A DNA stretch of 64,000 bases, from contig JANNXA010000014.1 in assembly GCA_031409275.1 (NCBI GenBank), positions 287,411-351,410 on the forward strand, in the 5' to 3' direction. The position numbers were made by a program, and so were the translations under genes. The notes below the pieces were generated by a model, which had not been told where the DNA came from, searched no databases, and saw only the letters and a program-made list of their open reading frames with translations. Origin of the DNA: Planctomycetota bacterium. GTDB lineage: Bacteria; Planctomycetota; B15-G4; SIAN01. Below are positions 1-10,339 of this stretch, piece by piece. Position 1 is the first letter of the stretch. Every line of letters begins with the position of its first letter.

Positions 1-3000
1 TCCGAAATCTGCAGTTCCTTGGCCGCGCGCAGCCGATTGCCGCCGCACCGCGCCAGCACCTCCTGCAAGTACGTCCGCTCCTGCGCTTCCAGGTACTCCT
101 TGAGCGGCAGCGCGTGCAACGGTTCGCCGACGACGGTGTCGGGCAGTTCGCTGCGCAACGCGTCGACACCGATCTCTTCTGCATCTCGGTTCAACACCAG
201 CAGCCGCTGCACCGCGTGCTCGAGTTCGCGCACGTTGCCGGGCCAGTCGTGCAGCACGAGCCGTCGCCATGCCAGCGGGGTGAAGCGCGGCGGCGCGCGC
301 TTCAGTCTTGCCGACTCGCGCGCCACGAAATGGTCGAGCAACAACGGCACGTCGTCGCGCCGCTCGCGAAGGGCTGGGAGGTGGACCTGCAGCACCATCA
401 GCCGGTACATCAGGTCCTCACGGAACCGACCGGCAGCGACCTCTTTCTTCACGTCCTTGTTCGACGCGGCGACGATGCGCACATCGACCTTGCGCACCGG
501 CCCGCCGCCGAGCCGTTGCACCTCGCCGCTCTGCACCGCACGCAGCAGCTTCGCCTGCAACTCGGGCGACGCCTCGCACACCTCGTCGAGGAAGAGCGTG
601 CCGCCGTCGGCGCGTTCGAACAGGCCGGCCTGCTCCTCGTTGGCGCCGGTGTACGCGCCTCGTTGATGGCCGAACAGCTCGTTCTCGATCAACGTCGGCT
701 GCGTCGTCGCGCAGTTGAGCGGCTCGAACGGCTTCTCGGCGCGGCGGCTGCGGCGATGGAGAGCTCGGGCGACGAGTTCCTTGCCGGTGCCGCTCTCGCC
801 GGAAACCAGCACCGGCAGGTCCGCATCGGCGAACAGCTCGATTCGCCGCTTCACCTCCTCCATCTCCTGGCTCTGCGCGATGATCCCCTCGAACTGCGGC
901 ACGCGGCCGGCCGATCGGCGCGCCTGATCGAGCGACGCCTGCGCCGCGCGCAGCTCCCCTTGCTGCTCGAGCAGCACCTTCTGGAGTTCGCGGTTCAGCC
1001 GCGCGATCTCCGCCTGGTTCGTCTCGAGTTCCGCTTCGCGGGCGCGATTCGCTGCCAGCAGTTGCGTCTTCTCCAGCGCGATCGCGGCGAAGTCGGCGAG
1101 GTTCTCGACGTAACGCAGATCGGAGGGCCGAAAGGCGTCGATGCGCGTGGGCTCATCGAGGTAGAGCGAACCGATCGTCTCGTCGCGATCTCGCATCGGC
1201 ACGCACAACACCGACAGGAGCTTGAGCTCCGAGATCGACGCTGCATCGCGCCACTGCTCGTCGGCGCTGACGTCGGAGAGGAGCACTGCCGAGCCATCGC
1301 GCGCCACCTTGCGAGCGACCGAAGAGCTGAACGCGAGCTCGGGACGTTCGATGTCGGCGGCCTCGAGGTTGCGGGCGACTCTCACTTCGACCTGCCCCCC
1401 GCGCCCGAGCAGCAGGAATCCGCGCGCCGCGCGCGTCGCTTCGACCGCATGGTCGAGCAGCAGGCGCAGCAAGCTCTCGCCATCCACGGCCGCCGAGATC
1501 TCTTTCGCGACCTGCATCAGCCGTTCGAGCGCTGCGAGCCGTTCCGCCGACTCGCCGTCGTGAGCGGCCGTCAGGGGCACGGTGAGTCGCCGCCGCAGCG
1601 TTCGCGCGCGGCGCAGCAACGGCCGGTGGCCCGATCGGCGCGCGAACTCCTCCGACTCCTCGAGCAGGCGGCGATCCTGGAGAGCCGTGCCGAGGACGAG
1701 CGCCGGCTCCGCCTTCTGCGCCAGGAAGCCGGGTGCCTGCGCCGCGTCGTAGGCCGCGCGCGCCTGCTCCAACCTCGGCGCCGCGACCGCGCGACCGTGG
1801 CGCAGCGCCGCAACCGCCGCCATCACCGCGGCCCGCGCTCGCAGCGCCACGTAGTCGCTGCCCTCGAGATCGGCGAGCTGCTCTTCCGCCGTTGCGGCCA
1901 GTTCCTCCTGCCGACCGAGCCGCCGCAGCGCCGAAAGGCGCGCGTCTCGCAGGAAGAGCCGGCGGCGGCGCGAGCCGATCGACTGCGGCAAGCCCTCCAG
2001 CGCGCTTTCGACCGCGCGGCGGCTGCCCGCGAAGGTCGCCCACTGCAGGCGGTACTCGGCGACCAACGCCCCAAGGTCGTCGTGGCCGGTCGCCACCGGA
2101 TCGGCGGCGACCTGCGCCATCAGCAAGCGCGCGGCGCGTCCGCGTCCCTCGCGCATGAGCACTTCGGTGCGCACCAGTTCGGCGCGCCACGCACCTTGAG
2201 CGTCGTCGATCGTTCGCGCAATCGCGACGCAGGCATCAAGCGCCGCATGGGCGGCGGCGAAATCACCCTCGTTGAGCGCGACGTGCGCCTGCATCAACTC
2301 GATCCGACGCAGCACGCTCGGCCGGTTCATCGCGTGCGCGATCTCGCGCGAGCGCTGCATCTCCTGCTTGCACTCGACGAAGCGGCCGAGATCGAACAGC
2401 GTGTTGGCCAGGTTGAGCGCGTGGATCGCCTCCTGCTGCCGATCGCCGAACGCGACGGCCGCGGCGAGCGCGCGGCGGAACGTGGTGACCGCCGCCTCCG
2501 GGTGGCCGCAATCCTCCTGGAAGCGGGCGAAGTTGCCTTCGATCGTGGCGACCTGGAGCGGCAACCCCGTCGCCTGCGCCGCGGCGAGCGCGACACGGAA
2601 CCCCGTCGCCGCCTCCTCGAAGCGGCCCATCCGCCACAGCGTGATCGCGTGGATCGAGCGCAGTCGGTGGTCGCCACCGTCGCCCGCCACGCGTGACTGC
2701 GCGAGCGCGAGGCGGCAGACCGCTTCCGCATCGGCGTCGCGCGACAGCTGGTGCAGCAGATAGGCACGCAGCGCCGCCGATCCTGGAGCCCGTTCGCCGA
2801 GTCCCGCGGGGGCACGATCGAGCCGGTCGAGCGCATCGCCCGGACGGCCGCAGCGATCGAGCGCGCGAGCATGCTCGATCAGCGCGCGGCCGCGCGTCGC
2901 ATCGTCGTCGAGGAGCTCCGGCAACGGCGCCAGCAACTGCTCGGCGCTCGCGTGCGAACCGCGCCGCAACTCGACGATCCCGCGCACCAACCGCGCGGCG

Positions 3001-5021
3001 GCACGCGCGGGCGCGGCGACGGTGGGCTGATCGAGCTCGCGCGCCGCCGCGTCGCCTTCGGTGAGCCGCTGCGCATCGATCATCGCCAGCGCGGACGCCG
3101 CGAACCGGCGCGCCGACGTCGCATCGCCAGGGTCGGCGCGAAACGCGTGACGAGCGCGGCGCGCGTCGCGATCGGCGAGCTCCGGATGATGATCGAGCAG
3201 CTTCGCCGCGAGGCGATGCAGCTCCTGGGCGCGAGCTTCTGGCAACTCCGCGCGGACGCACGCCGCGACGCCGCTTTCGCTGCAGCGCCACGCGGCGCCC
3301 ACGCGCTCGACGAGCCCCGCGTCGGCCAGCGCACGCAGTTCGCCGGCACCCGCGTCCGGCGCGAGCGCCTCGAGTTCGAGCGCGGTCGCATCATGATCGA
3401 GCAGCGCCAGCGCCTCGAGCGCGGCGCGGGACGCCCCGCGAGTGGACTGCACCCGACGACGCACCAGTTCGAGCAGATCGCCGCCCGCTTCCGCGAGGTC
3501 GACTCGCGTCGGATCGAAATGGAGGCCTCCGAAATCGGCAACCAACGCGCCCGCCTCGGTGGCGTAGCACAGCAGTTCCACGACGCGAGCGACGTCGACG
3601 TTCGCGGCGGCTCCTTCACCCGCACCGAGGTATCGGCGAAGCGGCTCCGGCAATGGCGCGCCGATCCAGCCGGGGAAGATCCGCTTCAGCTCGTCCGCGG
3701 CGAGCACGCGTGGCGAGAGCGTCCGCAGCTCGAAGGCCGCGGAACAAGCGTCCGCCAGCAGCGGATCGGCGCGCGCGGCACCGGCTCCCGAAGCGACGAT
3801 CTCGATTCGAGCGCGAAGCAGGAACCGCAGCAGCGCTTCGTCATCGGCATGGCGGCGCGGCAATTCCTCGACGAAGAGGACGAGGCGCCGTGGCATCTCG
3901 CCGCGCTGCAATCGTGCCAGCAGGAGGTCGAGGCTGCCCGTTTCCGGCTCGCCAGCGAGGGTGCGGAGCTGCTCGTTCAGGGAGTCGCGCATCGTCGCGG
4001 CTCCCGCTTCGGGGGCGCAGCAGACGACCAGCGGCCACGCCTCGCCAAGCAGCGCCGTCGTCCGCAGCTCTCGAAGCAGCGCGTCGCGGCCGCCGCGCGT
4101 CGGCGCTGTCACCCACGTGATCGTGCCGCCGGGACGCGATTCGCCGGCGGCAAGCTGCTCGTGCCATGGCGGATCGAGCGGCGGCACCGAGCGGATGCGA
4201 CCGAGCAAGGTCGCCGGCGTCATCTGCGGCAGCGGCTCCGCGGCGGCGCGCGACAGGTCGGCCAGCACAACCGCTGCGTGTTCGTAGCGCTCGGCGGGCG
4301 ATTTCGCGAGCAGGCGCGCGACGATGTCACGCAGCGGTGGCGGCGCGGCGAAGTCCGCGTTGAAACGGATCGGCTGCTCGAGGTGGGCCCGCGCCCATTC
4401 GGTCGGCGTCGCCGCTTCGAACGGATGGCGGCCGCTCCAGAGCTCGAAAAGGAGGACTCCAAGCGCGTAGAGGTCGCTCGAGTGGCTCGGCGGCGCGCCG
4501 CGAAAGAGCTCCGGAGCGAGGTAGGGCAGCGACCCCGCCGCAACGGCGCCTCCAGCTGCGACCGCCAGTCCGAAGTCGATCAGGATCACGCGTGGCTCGG
4601 CGCCGCCCTCGACCAGCAGATGGGCGGGCTTCAGGTCGCGATGCACGATTCCGCGCTCGTCGAGCAGGGCGAGCGTGCGCAACACTTCCGCGAGCGCGCG
4701 CTGTTGGATGGCGAGGTCGGCGGTGGCGAGCGCCTCGATCCATGGCCCACCGCTGCCCGGTTCGCTGGTGAAGAGCCAATCGCCGCTGGCAGGGTCGAGT
4801 CCGAGCTCATCGACGCGCGGAATGCCCGGGCACCGCAGCGCCTGGAGCCGGCGAAACTCCTCCTGGACGAGGGTGGCGCGCCTGGCAGGGGTCCGTTTCA
4901 ACGCCAGCGGCGGACCGCCGCGGACGAGATCCTGCACCAGCACGACCTGCGCCGTCGCGCCGCGGCCAAGTCGCGCGAGGGGTCGGTAACGCCCGCTGAT
5001 CGGGTCGGGCAGATCGATCAT
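1..5021 (-). CDS. Multidomain sigma-54-dependent transcriptional regulator: Ser/Thr kinase-like + degenerate NTPase/TPR + GAF + sigma54 AAA+ + Fis HTH (3' end runs off the window)
   Basis: Absent from the ORF track because it has no stop in the window. Manual minus-strand translation from ATG 5021 gives LGRGATAQV, ALKR, HRDLKPAH, DFGLA, GSLPYLAPE (kinase); SVLCVPM...IGSLYLD (GAF); GESGTGKE, ELFGHQRGAYTGA, WPGNVRELEH (bEBP AAA+); CGGNRLRAAKELQIS (HTH). Both ends are in the same frame and no track ORF ends in that frame. Confidence 0.9.
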   Translation of the reverse strand, partial: MIDLPDPISGRYRPLARLGRGATAQVVLVQDLVRGGPPLALKRTPARRATLVQEEFRRLQALRCPGIPRVDELGLDPASGDWLFTSEPGSGGPWIEALATADLAIQQRALAEVLRTLALLDERGIVHRDLKPAHLLVEGGAEPRVILIDFGLAVAAGGAVAAGSLPYLAPELFRGAPPSHSSDLYALGVLLFELWSGRHPFEAATPTEWARAHLEQPIRFNADFAAPPPLRDIVARLLAKSPAERYEHAAVVLADLSRAAAEPLPQMTPATLLGRIRSVPPLDPPWHEQLAAGESRPGGTITWVTAPTRGGRDALLRELRTTALLGEAWPLVVCCAPEAGAATMRDSLNEQLRTLAGEPETGSLDLLLARLQRGEMPRRLVLFVEELPRRHADDEALLRFLLRARIEIVASGAGAARADPLLADACSAAFELRTLSPRVLAADELKRIFPGWIGAPLPEPLRRYLGAGEGAAANVDVARVVELLCYATEAGALVADFGGLHFDPTRVDLAEAGGDLLELVRRRVQSTRGASRAALEALALLDHDATALELEALAPDAGAGELRALADAGLVERVGAAWRCSESGVAACVRAELPEARAQELHRLAAKLLDHHPELADRDARRARHAFRADPGDATSARRFAASALAMIDAQRLTEGDAAARELDQPTVAAPARAAARLVRGIVELRRGSHASAEQLLAPLPELLDDDATRGRALIEHARALDRCGRPGDALDRLDRAPAGLGERAPGSAALRAYLLHQLSRDADAEAVCRLALAQSRVAGDGGDHRLRSIHAITLWRMGRFEEAATGFRVALAAAQATGLPLQVATIEGNFARFQEDCGHPEAAVTTFRRALAAAVAFGDRQQEAIHALNLANTLFDLGRFVECKQEMQRSREIAHAMNRPSVLRRIELMQAHVALNEGDFAAAHAALDACVAIARTIDDAQGAWRAELVRTEVLMREGRGRAARLLMAQVAADPVATGHDDLGALVAEYRLQWATFAGSRRAVESALEGLPQSIGSRRRRLFLRDARLSALRRLGRQEELAATAEEQLADLEGSDYVALRARAAVMAAVAALRHGRAVAAPRLEQARAAYDAAQAPGFLAQKAEPALVLGTALQDRRLLEESEEFARRSGHRPLLRRARTLRRRLTVPLTAAHDGESAERLAALERLMQVAKEISAAVDGESLLRLLLDHAVEATRAARGFLLLGRGGQVEVRVARNLEAADIERPELAFSSSVARKVARDGSAVLLSDVSADEQWRDAASISELKLLSVLCVPMRDRDETIGSLYLDEPTRIDAFRPSDLRYVENLADFAAIALEKTQLLAANRAREAELETNQAEIARLNRELQKVLLEQQGELRAAQASLDQARRSAGRVPQFEGIIAQSQEMEEVKRRIELFADADLPVLVSGESGTGKELVARALHRRSRRAEKPFEPLNCATTQPTLIENELFGHQRGAYTGANEEQAGLFERADGGTLFLDEVCEASPELQAKLLRAVQSGEVQRLGGGPVRKVDVRIVAASNKDVKKEVAAGRFREDLMYRLMVLQVHLPALRERRDDVPLLLDHFVARESARLKRAPPRFTPLAWRRLVLHDWPGNVRELEHAVQRLLVLNRDAEEIGVDALRSELPDTVVGEPLHALPLKEYLEAQERTYLQEVLARCGGNRLRAAKELQIS

Positions 5022-5168
5022 CACGGCGCCTTCGACGAGGAACGGCTCGGTGTTGCCGGCAGCGGGGCGATTGTAGCCCCGCTGTCGCGCTCGCGGGTGC
5101 CGCGTAAGCTGCCGACGAACCACGCCCGCCCCGGCGCCGTTGCCCGGCCGTCGCTGAAGGAGCCCCCG

Positions 5169-6737
5169 ATGAATCGCGTCACCCCGCTGCGCCGCTTCCT
5201 GCTCGCCGCTTGCGCCACCGCGGCTCTCGCGCCTGCGCTGCTCGCCGACGTCGTGGTGCTGAAGAGCGGCGAGAAGCTCGAAGGGAAGATCCTCTCCGAG
5301 ACGGCGACCTCGATTCGCATCGAGACGCCGTTTGGCACCACCGATGTCGAGCGCACGCGCATCGCGAAGATCGAGAAGGGACAGACGCCCAAGGACAAGT
5401 ACACCGAGCGCAAGGCGACGCTGAAGGCGGGCGACGTGAGCGGTCGTTGGGAGCTCGCCCTCTTCTGCAGGGAGAACAAGCTCACCAAGGAGTGGAAGAA
5501 GCTCCTCGACGAGATCCTCGCCATCGACCCGAGCCACGATCAAGCCAACCGCGAAGTCGGCCGCATCCAGTACGACAACAAGTGGTTCACCAAGGAGCAG
5601 CTCGAGAAGTACAAGGACGAGGAGCGCAAGAAGATGGAGGCCGCCGGCATGGTCCTCCATGACGGCCGCTGGATGACCGAAGCGGAAGCGATGACGGCGA
5701 AGGGCTTCGTCCAGGTCGACGGCAAGTGGATCAGCAAGGAAGAGGTCGAGCGGCTGGTGGCGATCCGCGACTGGCAGGCGACCTACGGCACCGAACTCCA
5801 CATCGTCACGAGCGAGCACTTCGAGCTGCGCACGCCGCTGCCGCCCGAAGACCTGCAGGAGGTCCTCGACCTCTGCGAATCGGCCCACGCCGAGTTCGTG
5901 GCCATGGCCAAGCCGGACGAGAAAGAGCTGCGGTTCATGGATCCGGCGCAGAACGTCTTGTCGCGCATCTACATCTATGTGCACGACTCGCCCGGCAGCG
6001 TCACGCAGTTCATCGAGTCGGGCTACATCAAGCGCCACTACGTCCCGCTGACGGTGCTCGAGGACCAGAAGGACGCCGACAACTTCTCGGTCTACTTCCC
6101 GATCCCGCTGATCGTGCTGAGCGAAGGACGTCACCTGAAGTCGAGCGACTCGCGCGACTTGAACCAGGCGGGCATGGCGCTCGCGCACCTCGGACAGATC
6201 CTGATCCGCCGATTGAAGCGCGGCGGCGGCCTATGCGGCTGGGCCGAGGCCGGGATGGGGCATTGGGCCGAAGGCGAATGGAACGGTTACGCGACGCTGT
6301 CGATCATCGAGTACCCGCACTACGAGCCCTACGTCGACAAGTGGACGCCGGACGGTTGGGAGAACTTCCCGCGCTGGAAGGAGAACCTCAGCAACCCCGC
6401 CGAGGTATCCAAGCTGCCTTCGCTCAGCGACATGATGGAAAAGCCCGTTGAAGAGCTCACCATCGCGGAAGAGGCCAAGGCGTGGAGCATGGTCCTGTTC
6501 CTGCTCGAGACGCGGGCCGAGAAGTTCTTCGACTTCGTGCGCGCGTCGAAGACCAAGTTCCACGACGAGATGGTCACCAACTCGCGGGCGTTCAGCGACG
6601 CCTTCGCGCCCGAGACGATCGGGCAGATCGACGCCGCCTGGGCCACCTGGGTGAAGACGATGAGCAAGGGCGAGCCGAAGATGAAAGCACCATCGGCGCC
6701 TCTCGGCGGCAAGCCCGAAGGCGGCGGCCGCCCCTGA
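5169..6737 (+). CDS. Secreted hypothetical protein with a DUF1570/peptidase-MA-like C-terminal region lacking HExxH
   Basis: AAGGAG RBS then ATG 5169; signal peptide ending ALLA|D; DVVVLKSGEKLEGKI module; repeated (Y/H/V)D(N/G)(K/R)W hairpins; WAEAGMGHWAE and AWSMVLFLLE motifs; strong coding codon bias. Confidence 0.75.
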   Translation: MNRVTPLRRFLLAACATAALAPALLADVVVLKSGEKLEGKILSETATSIRIETPFGTTDVERTRIAKIEKGQTPKDKYTERKATLKAGDVSGRWELALFCRENKLTKEWKKLLDEILAIDPSHDQANREVGRIQYDNKWFTKEQLEKYKDEERKKMEAAGMVLHDGRWMTEAEAMTAKGFVQVDGKWISKEEVERLVAIRDWQATYGTELHIVTSEHFELRTPLPPEDLQEVLDLCESAHAEFVAMAKPDEKELRFMDPAQNVLSRIYIYVHDSPGSVTQFIESGYIKRHYVPLTVLEDQKDADNFSVYFPIPLIVLSEGRHLKSSDSRDLNQAGMALAHLGQILIRRLKRGGGLCGWAEAGMGHWAEGEWNGYATLSIIEYPHYEPYVDKWTPDGWENFPRWKENLSNPAEVSKLPSLSDMMEKPVEELTIAEEAKAWSMVLFLLETRAEKFFDFVRASKTKFHDEMVTNSRAFSDAFAPETIGQIDAAWATWVKTMSKGEPKMKAPSAPLGGKPEGGGRP

Positions 6738-6779
6738 GGTCGCCACCGCCCGCCCCGATCACCGAACGCGGAGGCAGCG

Positions 6780-9700
6780 TTACTTCGTGCCTCCGGTCGC
6801 GCGCGCCGCAGCCGCCGCCGCCGTGAGCTGCGGATCGAGCGCCACCGCGCGCGCGAGGTGCTGCTCCGCCGTCGGCAGATCGCGCTGCAACGCGAAGAGC
6901 AGCTCGCCGACCCGCAGATGGGCGAGTGGCGAATCGGCGAAGAGCTTCAGCGCCGCCTCCCCCTGCCGCAACGCCCCTTCGAGATCGCCGGCTTCGCGCG
7001 CGTGCCGTGACAGCTTGAGTCGCAGCTCGTGCGCGATGGCGATCTGATCTCGGTTCGAGGTCAGCAACGCTTCGCCGCAGCGATCGTCGAGGTACTCGGC
7101 GGCGATCTTCGGACCGGCGACGATCAGCAGCTGGCGCGCGAAGTCGAGCGCCGTGTAGGGCGCGGGGCTGCTGTAGCGACGACCACCGAGCGGCAGCGAC
7201 AGATCGAGCAGCGACTCGACCGGCGCCGTGACGAAGCGCAGGTCGGCGACCAGCTGCTGCGGATCGACCGCCCCCTTGTAGAACGCCACCAGCCGGCCGC
7301 TGCCATCGAGCAGGAAACTGGCGGGCGTCGGCAGCGGCGGGTGGCGCGGATAGAGGGCCGAGTAGAAGCCACGCACCCGCTCGACACCGCCGGCGTCGAG
7401 GAACCCGACCGGCCACTGGAAGCCCTTCTCCTTGGCGAGCGCGAGTGCGGCGGCCTTGTCAGCAGGGTTGTCGTCGGCCTCATCGAGACTCAACGCCAGC
7501 ACGCGAACGGAATCGAGGCTCGAACGCGCCTTCACCAGCGCATCGAGTTCTTCGCTGCATCGGCAGCACCAGCTGGTCCAGACCACGATGAGCAGCGGCT
7601 TCGCGGTCGCGAACTCGAGCGTGCGCGGCTTGCCCGACGCGTCTTCGTACGGCAGGCGCGGGAAGGGCAAGCGCATCGAAAGGATGCTGCGCGACTGGGC
7701 GGAGACCTTCGTGTTCGGAAGCGCCTTGGCTGCCAGTGGAGCGCCCGCCGGCGGCGCGGCGATCGCAGTCGCGCGCCCACTTCCTTGCTTCAGCCGGAAG
7801 CGGCCGTCGGCCGCGACTCCTTCGAACCGTTCCGTCGCGCCACCAGGCCAGCGCACGCTGACACGATCGATGGCTGCGGACGCACCGAGCCCGAAGTGGA
7901 CCGTCTTGCTGCCCTGCGAGAGGAAGCCCTCGCCCGCGCGCAGCGTGCGCAACATCGGCCGTGCATCTCCGACGACGTAGAGCTCGACGCGCGCACCGAT
8001 CGCGTCGATGTTGGTGCCTGGTGCCGTGGCCGCGAGATCGAACTCGACGAAGTGGTTCGTCCGCTGCGCGTCGTTGCGCATGAAGCGGACCTGTGGGCCG
8101 TTGCGGTTGACGATCCAGAGATCGAGGTCACCGTCGCCGTCCCAATCGACCTTGCCGCAAGCGCGAGCATCGTCCGGGAAGTCGAGGCCGCTGACGGCCG
8201 AGGCATCGGCGAACCGCTCGCCCTGCGTGTTCAGGAAGAAGACGTTGCGCTCCTTCCCCGACCAGCCCGCGCCTTCGCTCAGCATCTGCTCGAGATGGTC
8301 GACCGCCGCGTGGTAGGCGGTGATGTCCATGTCCGCGGAGAGCTTGTCCGGCGAGTGCGACAGAACCTGTCGCCACCAGAAGCTTCAGAGGTCCTCCGGT
8401 TCGGTGTTGGTCAGGTAGCCGTTGCAGACGAGCACGTCCTCGAAGCCGTCGTTGTTGGCGTCGAGGAAGAACGATCCCCAAGCCCAGCGACCCAGCGTCG
8501 TTCCGGTCGCCTCCGAAACATCGGTGAAGGTGCCGTCGCCGCGATTGCGGTACAGCGAGTTGCCGCGCGCGAGGAACTGGAAGCGGCTCTTCCGGTCCTG
8601 CTCGATCTCCGGCTTGAAGTTCGGTTGATAGGTGATGCGATTGCCGGCGGAGGACCACATGTTCGAGACGTAGAGGTCCATGAAACCGTCACGGTCGTAG
8701 TCGCCCCACGTCACTCCCATGCCGAACGAACGGTCGACGCAGCCCGCCTCCTCGGCGACTTCCTTGAAGTGGCCGCCATCGTTGCGGTAGAGCACGTTCG
8801 CGCCGAAGTCATTGGCGACGTAGAGGTCCTGATCGCCGTCGTTGTCGTAGTCCTCGAATGACGCTGCCCAGCTCCAGCGGTGGTTCTTCTCATCGAGGCC
8901 GAACTCGGCCGTCGCCTCGGTGAACGCCATCGCCCCACCGGGCTTGGTGTCGTTCCTGAAGAGGAGGTTGCGTCCGCCGTTGTTGGCGTCGTGCAGCGGG
9001 ATCGGATGGGCGAGCTGCCCGGGATCGGCGTTCTCGTCGTGGAAGACGCAGGCATAGAGGTCGACGTCGCCATCCTGATCGACATCTGCCGCCGCGAGCG
9101 AGATCGACGGGCGCTTGAGCGGCAGCAGCAGCTGACGCGTGAAATGGCCCTTGCCGTCGTTGGCCATCACCATCAGGTCGAAGCCGGTGCCGGCGACGAG
9201 GTCCTGGTCGCCGTCGCGGTCGAGGTCGAGGAGCAACGCCGCATGGGTCGGCTCGATGAAGTCGACCCCCGACTGCTGCGACACATCCTTCACCGTGCCA
9301 TCGGGTTGGTGGAGGAACATGCGGTTGGGGAGGCCGCCCGCCTGGCAGATGAAGAGATCGTCGAGGCCGTCACCATCGACGTCGCCGACGGTGACCCCTT
9401 GGTGACCGCGAGTGTCGTAGCCGAGACGAGCGTCCATCCGGCTCAGCCACTCTTCACTGCCCGTGACGAGCTGACGCTCGAACGACGCGTTCTGACCGAT
9501 CGCCGCCAGCGTGCAATCGGCGAAGAGCGTCCCGGTCGGGCCACGGCCCTCGACCTCTTCGAACGCGTCGAGAGTGATCCCGGCGAGAAGCCCCGGGTCC
9601 TCGCCGGCTGGCAGCATCCAGCGGCAGCTCCAATACGAGATCTGTTGCAGCGTGCCGCGCGGCAGCGTGGCGAACGTCTCGACGCGAACCCACGTGCGCA

Positions 9701-10211
9701 GCGGCGTTTCGTCAGCGTGGACGTGGATGGTCTTGATGGCGACGCGCCGCGCGGTCGCGCCCGCCATCGGCTCGAAGAGTTCGGCGAGGGCGGCGGCGAA
9801 CCCCTCGGCGCCTTGACGCGTCGCCGCGGCTCCCGCTTCGAGTGCGCCAGCAGCGGGTCGGCGGACGATGAAGCTCGACTGGTCGTAGACCGTCGCGCAT
9901 GACGCCGGACGCAGACGACCGAGGGTGAATCCGGGCGCGATGAAGTGCTCGAGTTCATGCACATCGGGCGCATTCGTGGACGAGACGTATGCCGCCCACT
10001 TCTTCAGCGTCTTGTCGACGCGACGCGCGTACTGCTCGGACATCCAGCCATCGCTTCGAGGGTCATCGTCGATGCGCGCCTTGCCCAACGTGCCCGTCGG
10101 CCCCTCGCCCGGCGTTTTCTGAGGCTCTGCTGGAACCTGAGCCGACGACGCGGCGGCAAAGGCAGCGAGCGACCACGAGATCGCCATGGACGGCGCAAGT
10201 CGGAACCGCAT
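6780..10211 (-). CDS. CRTAC1-family FG-GAP/VCBS + ASPIC-UnbV + thioredoxin-like + TPR secreted protein with an in-frame UGA at 8385-8387 (putative selenocysteine, codon 609)
   Basis: AGGAG RBS, ATG 10211 and signal peptide; DxDxDGxxD FG-GAP repeats on both sides of the UGA; NIDAIGARV..GEGFLSQ..VHFGLG..VRWPGG (ASPIC/UnbV); WTSWCCRC (redoxin). The two track ORFs share a frame and the junction reads EPEDL*SFWWRQVLSHSPDKLSADMDITAY. Confidence 0.8.
8341..8384 (-). promoter_or_regulatory. Putative bacterial SECIS element directly 3' of the in-frame UGA
   Basis: mRNA reads UGA-AGCUU-CUGG-UG-GCGACAG-GUU-CUGUCGC-ACUCG-CCGG-AC-AAGCU. It has a 7-bp upper stem and lower stems CUGG/CCGG and AGCUU/AAGCU; the G-led apical loop starts about 18 nt after the UGA. 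Confidence 0.7.
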
Positions 10212-10339
10212 CGTGGAGCCCTCCTGACCGGACGGAGCGACTGATCCGCGCGCCTCAATATCGCGCGTCGACCGCGTTGGGGAGGGGGCAGCGACGAGGA
10301 TCGCTGACCTTCGGCGCGCGCGCCTCGACTCGCCTTCGC

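Noticed and set aside
114..5168. Long plus-strand ORFs (860 aa, and the first ~800 aa of the 1328-aa ORF)
   Set aside because: Antisense shadows of the kinase/sigma54 gene; Arg-rich with no recognisable motifs
8385..8387. Genome-wide UGA=Trp/Gly reassignment as the explanation for the in-frame stop
   Set aside because: TGA ends many conserved genes here at their expected positions (dapA, cls, ATGA overlaps), and Trp is encoded by TGG
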